The notes: generated from the sequence alone by a model not told the origin. A DNA stretch of 64,000 nt from an uncultured bacterium (GCA_903825415.1 CAIKAN010000028.1:3474-67473), one strand, 5' to 3'. Counted from the stretch's first letter, positions 48,147 to 57,686 are shown. Numbers and translations are program-made.

Positions 48147-48515
48147 ACTGTAATTCCATTTCTTTTCCTGATTTTTCCGCCGGAATCGCGGTCAAGCCAT
48201 CATGCTCCTGCGTTAGGTTTCACGCAGAAACAGGTTGCTGCCAGACAAGCAACACCGGACAAGAGCCGAAGCTCCACATGCGAGCTGATGGTTGAAACAA
48301 TCTTCTTGAACACCTCCTTTGAAGAGAGATGCTCAAGATACTGTTCCAACGATAAACACCTATGTTATGAACAAAGGCTCTACCGACCGCCGAGATCTCT
48401 CTCAGCAAGCGGATAAAGTCCAGCACCGATCTTTCGATGGTGCTGGGAATTAATGAACGCCGCAGCGTTCATTGTGATGGTGATCAAGCAACTATGAGCC
48501 TGCGGGCTCACTGGA

Positions 48516-49238
48516 CTATTCGCTGGAGTAGAGCAGTGCCTCGAGCTGCCCTATGGTTTTGGCTTTTTCCGATGCGTACTGAGGATTGCCGAGCCAACCG
48601 AGACTCGGGTCCTTCCAGATGGAAAGAGCGACCGACCCTCCAGCGTTTGGAGAATCATTCTCCAGTGATTCCGCGAAATCCGCCGCGGGGCGAATCTCTT
48701 CGGAGACGAGACGGTTGAGTAGGTGACCAAGGTCACCCAGGGCGGCCATGAGGCCATCCCAAATCTGGGTGTGTCTCTTGGCCGATTTGAGGGAGACGAT
48801 GCCCTCAATGTAGTCGTTGAAGTCTCCGGCGCCGTCGTCTTTCTCGCCTTTCTTGGCGCAGAGGGAGAGTCGGAATCCGTATTCGTCTTCCAAGGAGGTG
48901 ACGATGTCTTTGATGGGCACGCCGGCTCGGATTTTCGACGACAGGCCGTCGAAGGTCATGTGGCCGATGGTCACCTGACCTTTCAATACGGCCACCTCGC
49001 CGGGAAAGTTGCCCCTCCCGGCGATTGGATTCCAGAACTTATATCCGCTGTCGGTCTTGTAGACCTCTTCATGGATATCGAGCCTGATGGTGGAATTCAA
49101 GTTGCACTTTTTGGCCCACGCACGGACGATCTTCTCGTCCGCCGAACCCCACTTTCCATCTCGTTCAATGGCGACATCGATGTCGCCTGCGGCCGTCGTA
49201 GAAACAGAACTGCCGAATATTACAATGATTCTTGCCAT
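48516..49238 (-). CDS. nucleotidyltransferase-fold (Pol-beta superfamily) protein with an unknown C-terminal domain
   Basis: N-terminal IIVIFGSSVSTTAAGDIDVAI matches the hG[GS]-x9-13-DhD minimal NTase signature. The rest is unassigned. Confidence 0.5.
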   Translation of the reverse strand: MARIIVIFGSSVSTTAAGDIDVAIERDGKWGSADEKIVRAWAKKCNLNSTIRLDIHEEVYKTDSGYKFWNPIAGRGNFPGEVAVLKGQVTIGHMTFDGLSSKIRAGVPIKDIVTSLEDEYGFRLSLCAKKGEKDDGAGDFNDYIEGIVSLKSAKRHTQIWDGLMAALGDLGHLLNRLVSEEIRPAADFAESLENDSPNAGGSVALSIWKDPSLGWLGNPQYASEKAKTIGQLEALLYSSE

Positions 49239-49542
49239 AAGTACTCTTTGATTTTTGTTGTTGATGTTTAACTGCGGATTTCAAACCTGAATGATCAGGC
49301 CTAAAATCCGTAGTTAAAATTTGTAACAACAAATAGCTATGGCAGAACGATTAGACTTACGAACACGGTCGAATCACTCTACCGGATGCCGAGATCTTCC
49401 TCAACGGCCGGATAAAGTGGAGAAGTGACCATACTTTAATGAACACTTCTCCGACATTCATCAAAGGCAAGAGCTCGCAATACCGCTCTTGCTGTTAACC
49501 AAAGAACCATTTGCGCATTGCGATACGCACCCCGGAAAGGGA

Positions 49543-49779
49543 CTATTTGAGCAGGGCGGTCAGCTCGCTAGCCGCCTCACCACCACCGTTGTGATCGAGC
49601 CATTCGACCACCCGGTCGAACACTTCGCGAGGCACCGTAACAGGCGCCACCGCCTTCGCCCATCCGGCTGCCAATTGGTTCCCAAACTGCCGGAGAGTTT
49701 GCGGGTCGACCACCTCGGCGACCCCGAAGCTGCCGTCAGCCGCTCCAGTTTCCCGGAGAATTTTTGTTGTGATCATCAA
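49543..49779 (-). CDS. hypothetical small protein
   Basis: 78-aa ORF. GC-rich. No motif. Confidence 0.25.
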   Translation of the reverse strand: MMITTKILRETGAADGSFGVAEVVDPQTLRQFGNQLAAGWAKAVAPVTVPREVFDRVVEWLDHNGGGEAASELTALLK

Positions 49780-49887
49780 CTCTCATTCACCACACGGCGG
49801 TGAGACTCTTTGATCATTCAAACTACAGCTCGCACTTGCGAGCAAATCAAATAGTAGAAGCTCCAGATGGCCTTCTACTATAGGGGA

Positions 49888-49918
49888 TCTTGCGACCCCT
49901 CTTGTCTTGCCGACCTAG
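49888..49918. repeat. 31-nt direct repeat TGCGACCCCTCTTGTCTTGCCGACCTAGAAG, copy 1, part of a roughly 75-nt repeated unit
   Basis: Identical 31-mer at 50519-50549. The extended units share …GTCAGCA…AAGAGGRRTAACATT. Confidence 0.65.
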
Positions 49919-50100
49919 AAGCCCAGTATGCTTCAAGTCAGCAGTAAAAGAGGGGTAACATTTTGACTCTACTGTTTTCGTCCTTTAGGACTCATCAGTC
50001 GGGATACGCATCCCGAGAACAGTGGGGGAGATGGATTGAACATCTCCCCGTCACGATCTAAAAAGAACTATTTTTTGCCAGTGTGGCGGTGACGGGAGTT

Positions 50101-50367
50101 CTATAGATAATGTTCTTTTCTGTAGAACTCTTCGGTAGCGTAGGATATTCTCCCCATTCCTACCTCCACTTGGTAACGGGCGTGTGCTCGTCCCAGATCC
50201 CACCTGAGGGTGGAATCCAACCTTGCCTTCTTCCTCAGGATTGCGTGACGCAGTCCTGAGATCCATGTGGTCGCTGCCCACATGATGGCCCAAACAGCCG
50301 CCATGATAGCAACCATCGCCACCAGCCCCATCAAACCACCGACGAAAGCTTTAAATAGCATGAACAT
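50101..50367 (-). CDS. small membrane protein (single TM); start chosen at the internal Met with a good RBS
   Basis: MFMLFKAFVGGLMGLVAMVAIMAAVWAIMWAATTW… is preceded on the minus strand by AGGAGaaaagttATG. Flanked by the 31-nt direct repeats. Confidence 0.4.
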   Translation of the reverse strand: MFMLFKAFVGGLMGLVAMVAIMAAVWAIMWAATTWISGLRHAILRKKARLDSTLRWDLGRAHARYQVEVGMGRISYATEEFYRKEHYL

Positions 50368-50518
50368 AACTTTTCTCCTCCCAGTATTATTCGGCATACT
50401 GGAGCCGTTTTGAAGATGTTTGAATGCCGGCACATCTTCGTAAGCCGGAAGACTTCCGCTATACTTATTCGTATAGTCTTTTGCTAGGATCACTACCCAG
50501 GCTACTCGCCTAGGAATT

Positions 50519-50549
50519 ATGCGACCCCTCTTGTCTTGCCGACCTAGAA
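50519..50549. repeat. 31-nt direct repeat, copy 2
   Basis: Identical to 49888-49918. Confidence 0.65.
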
Positions 50550-51284
50550 GTATTTTACGCTATCGGTCAGCACGACGAAGAGGAATAACATTGCAGAACT
50601 ATTTGTTCCGCGTTTTCCCATTCAAGGAAATGCAAAGCATCTCGCTTGAACTTTATCTTCGCTATTCTACTGTCAAACATCATCCTTGTCTTTTACCTTC
50701 ACTTTCCTTCTTCGCATAAAGCCTTGAAGGACTTCAGGTCACAAGGACATTTCCGTCAAGAAAGCATACCTTCTTGTCTAGTCTGTCCTCACGACTGCGG
50801 ATTTTCAAAAGGGAAGTGATGTCGTCTTGCCATCATAGTTCGATGAAATCACTATAATAAACAAAAGCGGTCCATATATCCCTTCAAATCAAATAGAGAA
50901 GAGATATATAGACCGCCTTTCTTGTGATGAGCATATCAATAATGCCCCAAAGCGATGTTATAGGACTCTCCTCTAAGAAAATCCATGTATTCGTTTGTTA
51001 TGTACATACCGTACTCTGACTCATATAGTCTAGCATACCCTGTACAAACTGTCAAGTATATTTCATTATGTTTATGTAGTCATGAGAGTATGGCTCAGAA
51101 TATGGGTATTTTGAGAGGCCTATTTCATATTCTCTTGAGCATTTTTTTGTGGTTGTTGAAATAGGTTGCATCTCCATGAATTTTCTCCGCCAATCGGCGG
51201 ATTCAAATTCCCCTTCTTCGCTCCTCGTGGTTCGACTAGCTCACCACAAGTTACCTCGGAGCTTCGCAGGGCAAGCAAATTCCA

Positions 51285-51410
51285 ATTTTCAATCAAATTT
51301 CAATGAAATAATCTCCAATCGATCGGTCATGGTTCTTTCTAATGAAAATTTGAGACTTGTAAATTGATTGAAAATTGGAATTTGAAAATTGGTCATTCGA
51401 CCATATTCAA
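51285..51410. repeat. AT-rich 'ccaatt/ttcaat' hexamer array with inverted-repeat symmetry
   Basis: TTCCAATTTTCAATCAA … TTGATTGAAAATTGGAA. Confidence 0.5.
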
Positions 51411-51470
51411 CACACAGCCTTTTGGTTACCAGACGGATTTGTAGTCTAAATATATGTTATAATCTGACAA

Positions 51471-53417
51471 ATGCTTCCCGAGAATAAAAGCAGCATCGAG
51501 GAACTGAAGAATTCCTTGTATTCGAGGAATGCGCCGGAGGTGCGCACTAGGAGGAAGCTTCGATATGCAGATATCAAGGACGATGTACAGAAGGGATGGG
51601 AGCCTCCCAAGGAAGAAAAGCCCCCGGAACCGGTCGCCGCGCCGGAAGCGAGAGTAAGCGGACACCCTATGTCATTTTTCACAAAGATATTCATCGGTTC
51701 GATCTTCTTCTTCATTGCAGCAGTGGGGATTGGCCTCTATCTTTTCTTGAACGGCGCCAATCTGATCTCTGCCAATAATATAGACATCTCAGTGAGCGGT
51801 CCGGTATCTGTGCCTGGAGGCACGCCGGTCACATTCAATGTGATGGTGACAAATAACAACAGCGTCGATCTTCAGTTGGCCGATCTACGCATCGATTTTC
51901 CGGCCGGCACGACGGATCCCAAGGACCCGACTCAAGATTTTTCTACATACAAACAGCTGATAGGCGATATACCGGCCGGAGGCAGCGTCAAACGCACGGT
52001 GCAAGCGATAGTTTTTGGAGAGGAGAATATGCAAAAACAAGTGATGGTCTCGCTCTCTTACAACGTCAAGGGATCTTCTTCCATATTCACCAAGGAGAAG
52101 TCGTATGACATCCTCATCAATTCCTCGCCAGTGACTCTGGCGGTCGATTCCTTCAAGGAAGTGTCTTCGGGACAAGAATTCGATATGAAGGTCAGCGTTA
52201 GATCGAATTCTCAGGACGTTCTGAAGAATGTGCTATTGACTGCCACTTATCCTTTCGGTTTCAGCTATATATCCTCTGATCTAAAGCCTCTATCAGACAA
52301 TGCTACGTGGCGTATCGGCGATATACCGGCTGGCAGAGAGCGCACGATCACTATACATGGAAAGCTCACTGGAGTTGATCAGGATAATCGCAGTTTCCAT
52401 TTTTCCGTAGGTTCGCAGAGCTCGCGCAATCAGAATGCGATAGGCACGGAGTTCATGTCTGCCGATCAAGAGGTGGCTCTAAAGAAGCCGTTCATGACTA
52501 TAGGGTTGTCCGTCAACGGCGATAAGCAGCAGACAAGCGATGCTATTGGGCAATTCAATCAACCCATATCTATGGAAGTATCTTGGTTCAATAATCTGCC
52601 GACGGCGATATCAGATGCAGAGATAGTCGTGAAGCTGTCCGGCTCAGCCTATGACAAGACCATGGTCCAACAAAATGAAGGGTATTTCCGCTCATCGACT
52701 GATGAGATGGTCTGGAATCAGCAGTCTACTCCGGTATTGGCGTCTATAGGTGCTGGACAGGGAGGCAAGGTCAATTTCTCTATCACCCCGCGCGATCTAG
52801 GTGCATCTGGCAGGCCTCTGGTCAATCCGACAGTTTCATTCACCGCCAATGTGACCGCAAAACATACGCAGGAATCAGGAGTCGCGGAATCTCTAGCTTC
52901 AGCTGCGGCTCGAAATGTCAGGATATCGTCGTCGGTATCGTTGTCGGGACAGGTGGTCAGAACCATTGGCCCATTCGTAAATACCGGGCCCGTTCCTCCG
53001 AAGACCGATCAGAAGACCACTTATACTATCGTCTGGTCTCTGGATAATACTGTCAACCCTGTAGAAAACGGTCAGGTGACTGCGACCTTGCCTCTCGGTG
53101 TCAAGTGGCTGAATGTGATCAGTCCGACGACTGAAGATTTGAGCTATGACGAAAGCACGGGTATAGTCACTTGGAATACAGGTGCTCTGGGTACGAATAT
53201 CGCTGCAAGCGGTTCACGCAAGCAGGCTTCTTTCCAGGTGTCATTCGAGCCGAATTCAAACATGGTCGGAAGCGCCCCAACTCTTATCAATGATGCGACA
53301 TTCACCGGAACAGATTCATACACAGGCGCCAATCTGATGAGTAAGCAGACTTATCTGACGACTAGCTTCAGTACGGATCCGGCATTCAAGGATGGGGACC
53401 AGAGAGTGGGGAATTGA
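51471..53417 (+). CDS. hypothetical membrane-anchored extracellular protein (beta-rich, CARDB/DUF11-like repeats)
   Basis: Charged N-terminus, a TM helix (FTKIFIGSIFFFIAAVGIGLYLFL) and a long Ser/Thr/Val-rich beta region. Confidence 0.45.
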   Translation: MLPENKSSIEELKNSLYSRNAPEVRTRRKLRYADIKDDVQKGWEPPKEEKPPEPVAAPEARVSGHPMSFFTKIFIGSIFFFIAAVGIGLYLFLNGANLISANNIDISVSGPVSVPGGTPVTFNVMVTNNNSVDLQLADLRIDFPAGTTDPKDPTQDFSTYKQLIGDIPAGGSVKRTVQAIVFGEENMQKQVMVSLSYNVKGSSSIFTKEKSYDILINSSPVTLAVDSFKEVSSGQEFDMKVSVRSNSQDVLKNVLLTATYPFGFSYISSDLKPLSDNATWRIGDIPAGRERTITIHGKLTGVDQDNRSFHFSVGSQSSRNQNAIGTEFMSADQEVALKKPFMTIGLSVNGDKQQTSDAIGQFNQPISMEVSWFNNLPTAISDAEIVVKLSGSAYDKTMVQQNEGYFRSSTDEMVWNQQSTPVLASIGAGQGGKVNFSITPRDLGASGRPLVNPTVSFTANVTAKHTQESGVAESLASAAARNVRISSSVSLSGQVVRTIGPFVNTGPVPPKTDQKTTYTIVWSLDNTVNPVENGQVTATLPLGVKWLNVISPTTEDLSYDESTGIVTWNTGALGTNIAASGSRKQASFQVSFEPNSNMVGSAPTLINDATFTGTDSYTGANLMSKQTYLTTSFSTDPAFKDGDQRVGN

Positions 53418-53443
53418 TAGAAAAAATTAATATAGTAAATTAC

Positions 53444-53552
53444 TCCGCTCCCTCCTCGGCGCGACGAAGTGCCTTCGTTTGGCTACGCTACGCTCCGCCA
53501 AAGTCGCCACTTGTCGCCGCCTGCGACGGTCGCGGCTGACGAGATTCATTTT
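53444..53552 (+). repeat. GC-rich element, family 1, copy B (intergenic, upstream of glyS)
   Basis: CTCCGCTCCCTCCTCGGCGCGACGAAGTGCCTTCGTTTGGCTACGCTACGCTCCGCCAAAGTCGCCACTTGTCGCCGCCTGCGACGGTCGCGGCTGACGAGATTCATTTTTGG. Confidence 0.65.
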
Positions 53553-53586
53553 TGGTAATTATGCGGTTTTAGTATAGAATACCCTC

Positions 53587-54972
53587 ATGTCTAACCAAAC
53601 CAAACCCGATCTCATGGAATCTTTGATTTCGCTATGTAAGAGGCGCGGCTTCATCTTTCAAGGTTCCGATATATATGGCGGTTTGGCAGGTACTTGGGAT
53701 TATGGTCCGCTCGGTGTAGCTATAAAGAACAATATCAAGAAGCTGTGGTGGAAGCGTTTTGTAGATGATCGTGACGATATGTTCGGCATGGATGCCGCCA
53801 TACTCATGAATCAGAATGTCTGGAGGGCTAGCGGCCATGTAGCCGGCTTTTCTGATCCTCTGGTCGAATGCAAGAAATGCAAGAACCGTTTCCGATTCGA
53901 TCAATTGCCGGGGGTGACTATGGCAAAGAATGCCGAAGGCAAGAATTCATGGCAGATGTCCAAGGAGACTGTCTGTCCGAGCTGTGGTTCAGAGGGTTCG
54001 AAGTTCCTGAGCGAGCCGCGCGATTTCAATATGATGTTCCAGACTCATGTCGGAGCGGTTCAGGATGATTCTTCTATCTCATATTTGCGCCCGGAGACGG
54101 CCCAAGGCATGTTCGTGAATTTCAAGAATATCATGGATTCGCAGCATCCCAAGCTGCCATTCGGCATGGCCCAGATCGGCAAAGCCTTCAGAAACGAGAT
54201 CGCGCCGCGCGATTTCCTATTCAGGGTCAGGGAATTCGAGCAGATGGAGATCGAGTATTTCGTCCATCCGAAGGAGTGGGAGAAGGTCTTCGAGGATTTC
54301 AGATCGGAGACCAAAGCCTTCTTTTCAGATCTAGGATTGGGTATGTCCAAAGTCCATGAATTGGAAGTGCCAGATGGCGAGCGCGCTCATTACTCCAAGA
54401 GGACTATAGATTTTGAATTTGATTTCCCATTCGGCCGGAAAGAATTGAGCGGTCTGGCATACAGGACAGATTTTGACCTGAAGCAGCATTCGGAATTCAG
54501 CAAGGTCGATCTCTCATATTACGATGAAGCGAACAAGGAGAGATTCCTGCCGCATTGCATTGAGCCGTCGTTCGGATTGGATCGGGCGGTCTTGGCGGTT
54601 TTGGCGGATTCGTATACCGAAGATAGTCTTGGCGGAGAGACTAGAGTCTATCTCAAACTTTCGCCGGCTGTGGCGCCATTCAAGGTGGCAGTTTTTCCGC
54701 TCCTCAGGAATAAGCCCGAGCTGATCAAGAAAGCAGAAGAGATCTTCAAGGCTATAAAGAAAGAGATACCCGCAGCGACCTTCGATGATAATGGCAATAT
54801 CGGCAAGCGCTATCGCCGCCAAGACGAGATAGGTACTCCTTATTGTGTGACTATCGACTTTGATACGATCGAGAAGGGCGCAGGCGTTACAGTCAGGGAT
54901 AGGGATAGCGGGAAGCAGGAGCGCGTCGGTGAAAAAGAGCTTGTGGCGTATTTGAAGTCGAAAATTAATTAA
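53587..54972 (+). CDS. glyQS: glycine--tRNA ligase (dimeric class II GlyQS type)
   Basis: 461 aa with class II motifs (…FRNEIAPRDFLFRVREFEQMEIEYF…, a GLDR motif). Confidence 0.9.
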   Translation: MSNQTKPDLMESLISLCKRRGFIFQGSDIYGGLAGTWDYGPLGVAIKNNIKKLWWKRFVDDRDDMFGMDAAILMNQNVWRASGHVAGFSDPLVECKKCKNRFRFDQLPGVTMAKNAEGKNSWQMSKETVCPSCGSEGSKFLSEPRDFNMMFQTHVGAVQDDSSISYLRPETAQGMFVNFKNIMDSQHPKLPFGMAQIGKAFRNEIAPRDFLFRVREFEQMEIEYFVHPKEWEKVFEDFRSETKAFFSDLGLGMSKVHELEVPDGERAHYSKRTIDFEFDFPFGRKELSGLAYRTDFDLKQHSEFSKVDLSYYDEANKERFLPHCIEPSFGLDRAVLAVLADSYTEDSLGGETRVYLKLSPAVAPFKVAVFPLLRNKPELIKKAEEIFKAIKKEIPAATFDDNGNIGKRYRRQDEIGTPYCVTIDFDTIEKGAGVTVRDRDSGKQERVGEKELVAYLKSKIN

Positions 54973-54981
54973 ATGCAAAAT

Positions 54982-55152
54982 CACCCCGCTCCCTCCTCGG
55001 CGCGACGAAATGCCTTCGTTTGGCTCCTCCGCCAGCCGGCGGATCCGCCAAAGTCGCCATTTGTCGCCGCCTGCGACGGTCGCGGCTAACGCAATTCGTC
55101 ATTTTTGCATTTTACATTGTCATTTTCCATTTTGATTTTTACATTTTACATT
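54982..55152 (+). repeat. GC-rich element, family 1, copy C, plus an AT-rich CATTTT-type tail (between glyS and the peptidase gene)
   Basis: CACCCCGCTCCCTCCTCGGCGCGACGAAATGCCTTCGTTTGGCTCCTCCGCC…GCCAAAGTCGCCATTTGTCGCCGCCTGCGACGGTCGCGGCTAACGCAATTCGTCATTTTTGCATTTTACATTGTCATTTTCCATTTTG…. Confidence 0.65.
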
Positions 55153-55159
55153 AACAAAC

Positions 55160-56434
55160 ATGCAATTCAAAAAGACCACCCTCAAGAACGGCTTGCGCGT
55201 TATAACCGTGCCGATGGCTGATAATCCTTCGGTGACTATACTTGTGGTGGTCGAAGCTGGCTCGGAATATGAGACCAAGGAGCTTAATGGCATCTCGCAT
55301 TTCTTGGAGCATATGGTCTTCAAGGGGACGACGAAAAGGCCCAAAGCGATCGATATCTCGAGAGAGCTGGATGGGATCGGGGCCATATATAACGCATTCA
55401 CCTCTGCAGAATTCACTGGGTACTATGCCAAGGCTGATTCCAAGCGCGTGGACGATATCTTGGATGTGGTCTCTGATATGTATCTCGATCCTCTATTCGA
55501 TGAAGCAGAGATGGAAAGAGAGAAGGGTGTCATTGTCGAGGAGATACGCATGTATCGCGATCTGCCGCAGAGACATGTACAGGATGTATTCACTGCTTTG
55601 TTGTATGGAGAACAACCAGCCGGCCGGCATGTTGTAGGAACAGAAGCGAATGTAAGATCATTCTCTCGCGAAGCCCTGGTCAAATATCGTAAAGAGCGAT
55701 ATGTGAGCTATACGACCACGGTCATGGTGGCGGGTTCTTTTGATGAGGCTGAAATGATAAAAAAGATCGAAAGGACTTTTTGTTCGATCTCTCCTGAAAA
55801 GGCGGAAAATAAATCCCAGGTGACTGAGAGCCAGAAGTCGCCAGCGATAAGCATAGAATTCAAAGAGACGGATCAAACCCATCTGGTCATCGGGGTCCGC
55901 ACCTTTCCCGTCACTGACAGAAGGATGCCGGCGATGTCTGTGCTATCAACCCTGCTCGGCCATGGCATGAGCTCGAGGCTATTTTCCAAGATGAGAGACG
56001 AGTTGGGCATCTGCTATTATATCAAGGCTGACGACGACCCATCGACTGATCATGGCTCATTCTCTATCTCCGCAGGAGTTGATAATTCTAGGATAGAAGA
56101 AGGTATCAGGGGTATTCTGGCTGAATGCGATAGGCTCAAGAAGGAGCTGGTATCGGAAAGCGAGCTCAAGAAGGTCAAGGACTATATCGCCGGTACGACC
56201 ATTCTCGGTCTGGAGACATCAGAGGCGCGTGCGGAATTCTTTGGTCTGCAGGAGGTCTTGAAGAAGGACATCGAAAGCCTGGACGAATTGATCGCCAAGA
56301 TCAATAGCGTGACAGCGGAAGATGTGCGCGACTTGGCTAGGTCTATATTTGTAAATGAGAACTTGAATATGGCGCTCATCGGTAGGGTTAAGGATGATTC
56401 GATATTCAAAGTGTATTTCAGATTCAGTGACTAG
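55160..56434 (+). CDS. M16-family (insulinase/pitrilysin-like) zinc peptidase
   Basis: HFLEHMVFKGT (the inverted HxxEH zinc motif) and a roughly 420-aa two-domain layout. Confidence 0.8.
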   Translation: MQFKKTTLKNGLRVITVPMADNPSVTILVVVEAGSEYETKELNGISHFLEHMVFKGTTKRPKAIDISRELDGIGAIYNAFTSAEFTGYYAKADSKRVDDILDVVSDMYLDPLFDEAEMEREKGVIVEEIRMYRDLPQRHVQDVFTALLYGEQPAGRHVVGTEANVRSFSREALVKYRKERYVSYTTTVMVAGSFDEAEMIKKIERTFCSISPEKAENKSQVTESQKSPAISIEFKETDQTHLVIGVRTFPVTDRRMPAMSVLSTLLGHGMSSRLFSKMRDELGICYYIKADDDPSTDHGSFSISAGVDNSRIEEGIRGILAECDRLKKELVSESELKKVKDYIAGTTILGLETSEARAEFFGLQEVLKKDIESLDELIAKINSVTAEDVRDLARSIFVNENLNMALIGRVKDDSIFKVYFRFSD

Positions 56435-56547
56435 CCACTAGTGATTAGCTAATAGTCTTTGCTTCTGGCGTTTCACTAGTGGCTAATCACTAGTGGCTAG
56501 GACCTAACTCGTTGGACTAATTTTACTTACGGTATTATACTCAAACC

Positions 56548-57654
56548 ATGTTCGACTTGAATCAAGGCCAGCATATGTCTATCAGTACGGGCACGATCAT
56601 CCGTTTCTTTGTGATAGCCATCCTCTTGGTTGCTCTTTATTATCTATCAAGCGTTGTCCTTGTAGTCTTGTCTGCAGTGGTCTTTGCATCATCTATCGAG
56701 CCGGTTGTTCGCCGATTGAGGCGGTTGAGATTCCATAGGACGGTGGCCGTCGTAACGATATATGTGGTGATATTGTTGTTAGTCGTAGGTATCTTCGTAT
56801 TCTTTATGCCGATGGTCATCAATGACATTTCTTCTTTCTTGAATGATCTGCCAAAGACCATAACCTTAGAGGAACTTTGGAGCCCGATCCGTGATATCGG
56901 GCTGAATTTCGGCCAGATGTCGCAGTCACTATCGACGCACACTATATCGCTGACTGATTTCGTGAATGGCTTGAAGTCCGACATTGGCGGGTCGAGCGCG
57001 AGCGTCTTCCATACGGCCAGCGTCATCTTTGGAGGCCTTCTTTCCCTGATCCTCATCATCGTGCTTTCGTTCTATCTCATAGTCCAGGAGGAGGGGGTCG
57101 ACGATTTCTTGCGCATCGTAACTCCGGTGAGGCGTCACGACTATATCATCAACCTTTGGAAGAGGTCGCAGAGAAAGATCGGTCTTTGGCTTCAAGGCCA
57201 GATACTTCTGGGTATCGTCGTTGGGGTTCTGGTCTACATCGTCCTTGTGATCGTCGGCATTCCTCACGCCCTGTCTCTAGCAGTCTTGGCGGGTCTCTTT
57301 GAGATCATCCCTGTATTCGGGCCGATCATATCTTCTATACCGGCCATCTTGGTAGCCTTTTCAGATAAAGGCGTTGGTACAGGTATTTTGTTGGTGGTGC
57401 TATATTTGGTCATATATCAGCTTGAGAGCCAGCTTTTCTATCCTCTGGTGGTGAGAAAGGTTGTCGGCATCAATCCGGTCGTGGTCATACTCGCTTTGAT
57501 CATCGGCGCAAAATTAGCGGGAGTCTTGGGCGCCTTGATCGCTGTTCCGCTATCCGCAGCTCTCATGGAATATGTGAATGATATCGAGAAACACAAGAAG
57601 GCAGAGGTGGCAGAGAGAGATGGGACTGGCAAACAACCGCTATTGGGATTTTAG
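56548..57654 (+). CDS. AI-2E family transporter (PerM/UPF0118)
   Basis: Multi-TM protein, 368 aa, with an organisation typical of AI-2E/YhhT-like permeases. Confidence 0.7.
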   Translation: MFDLNQGQHMSISTGTIIRFFVIAILLVALYYLSSVVLVVLSAVVFASSIEPVVRRLRRLRFHRTVAVVTIYVVILLLVVGIFVFFMPMVINDISSFLNDLPKTITLEELWSPIRDIGLNFGQMSQSLSTHTISLTDFVNGLKSDIGGSSASVFHTASVIFGGLLSLILIIVLSFYLIVQEEGVDDFLRIVTPVRRHDYIINLWKRSQRKIGLWLQGQILLGIVVGVLVYIVLVIVGIPHALSLAVLAGLFEIIPVFGPIISSIPAILVAFSDKGVGTGILLVVLYLVIYQLESQLFYPLVVRKVVGINPVVVILALIIGAKLAGVLGALIAVPLSAALMEYVNDIEKHKKAEVAERDGTGKQPLLGF

Positions 57655-57656
57655 TT

Positions 57657-57686
57657 AAGGACTAGCCACTAGTGGCTAGTCCCTTG
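57657..57686. repeat. perfect 20-nt palindrome ACTAGCCACTAGTGGCTAGT (probable terminator hairpin); the related GCCACTAGTG motifs are at 56440-56520
   Basis: Self-complementary sequence. The motif recurs 3 times around the transporter gene. Confidence 0.5.
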
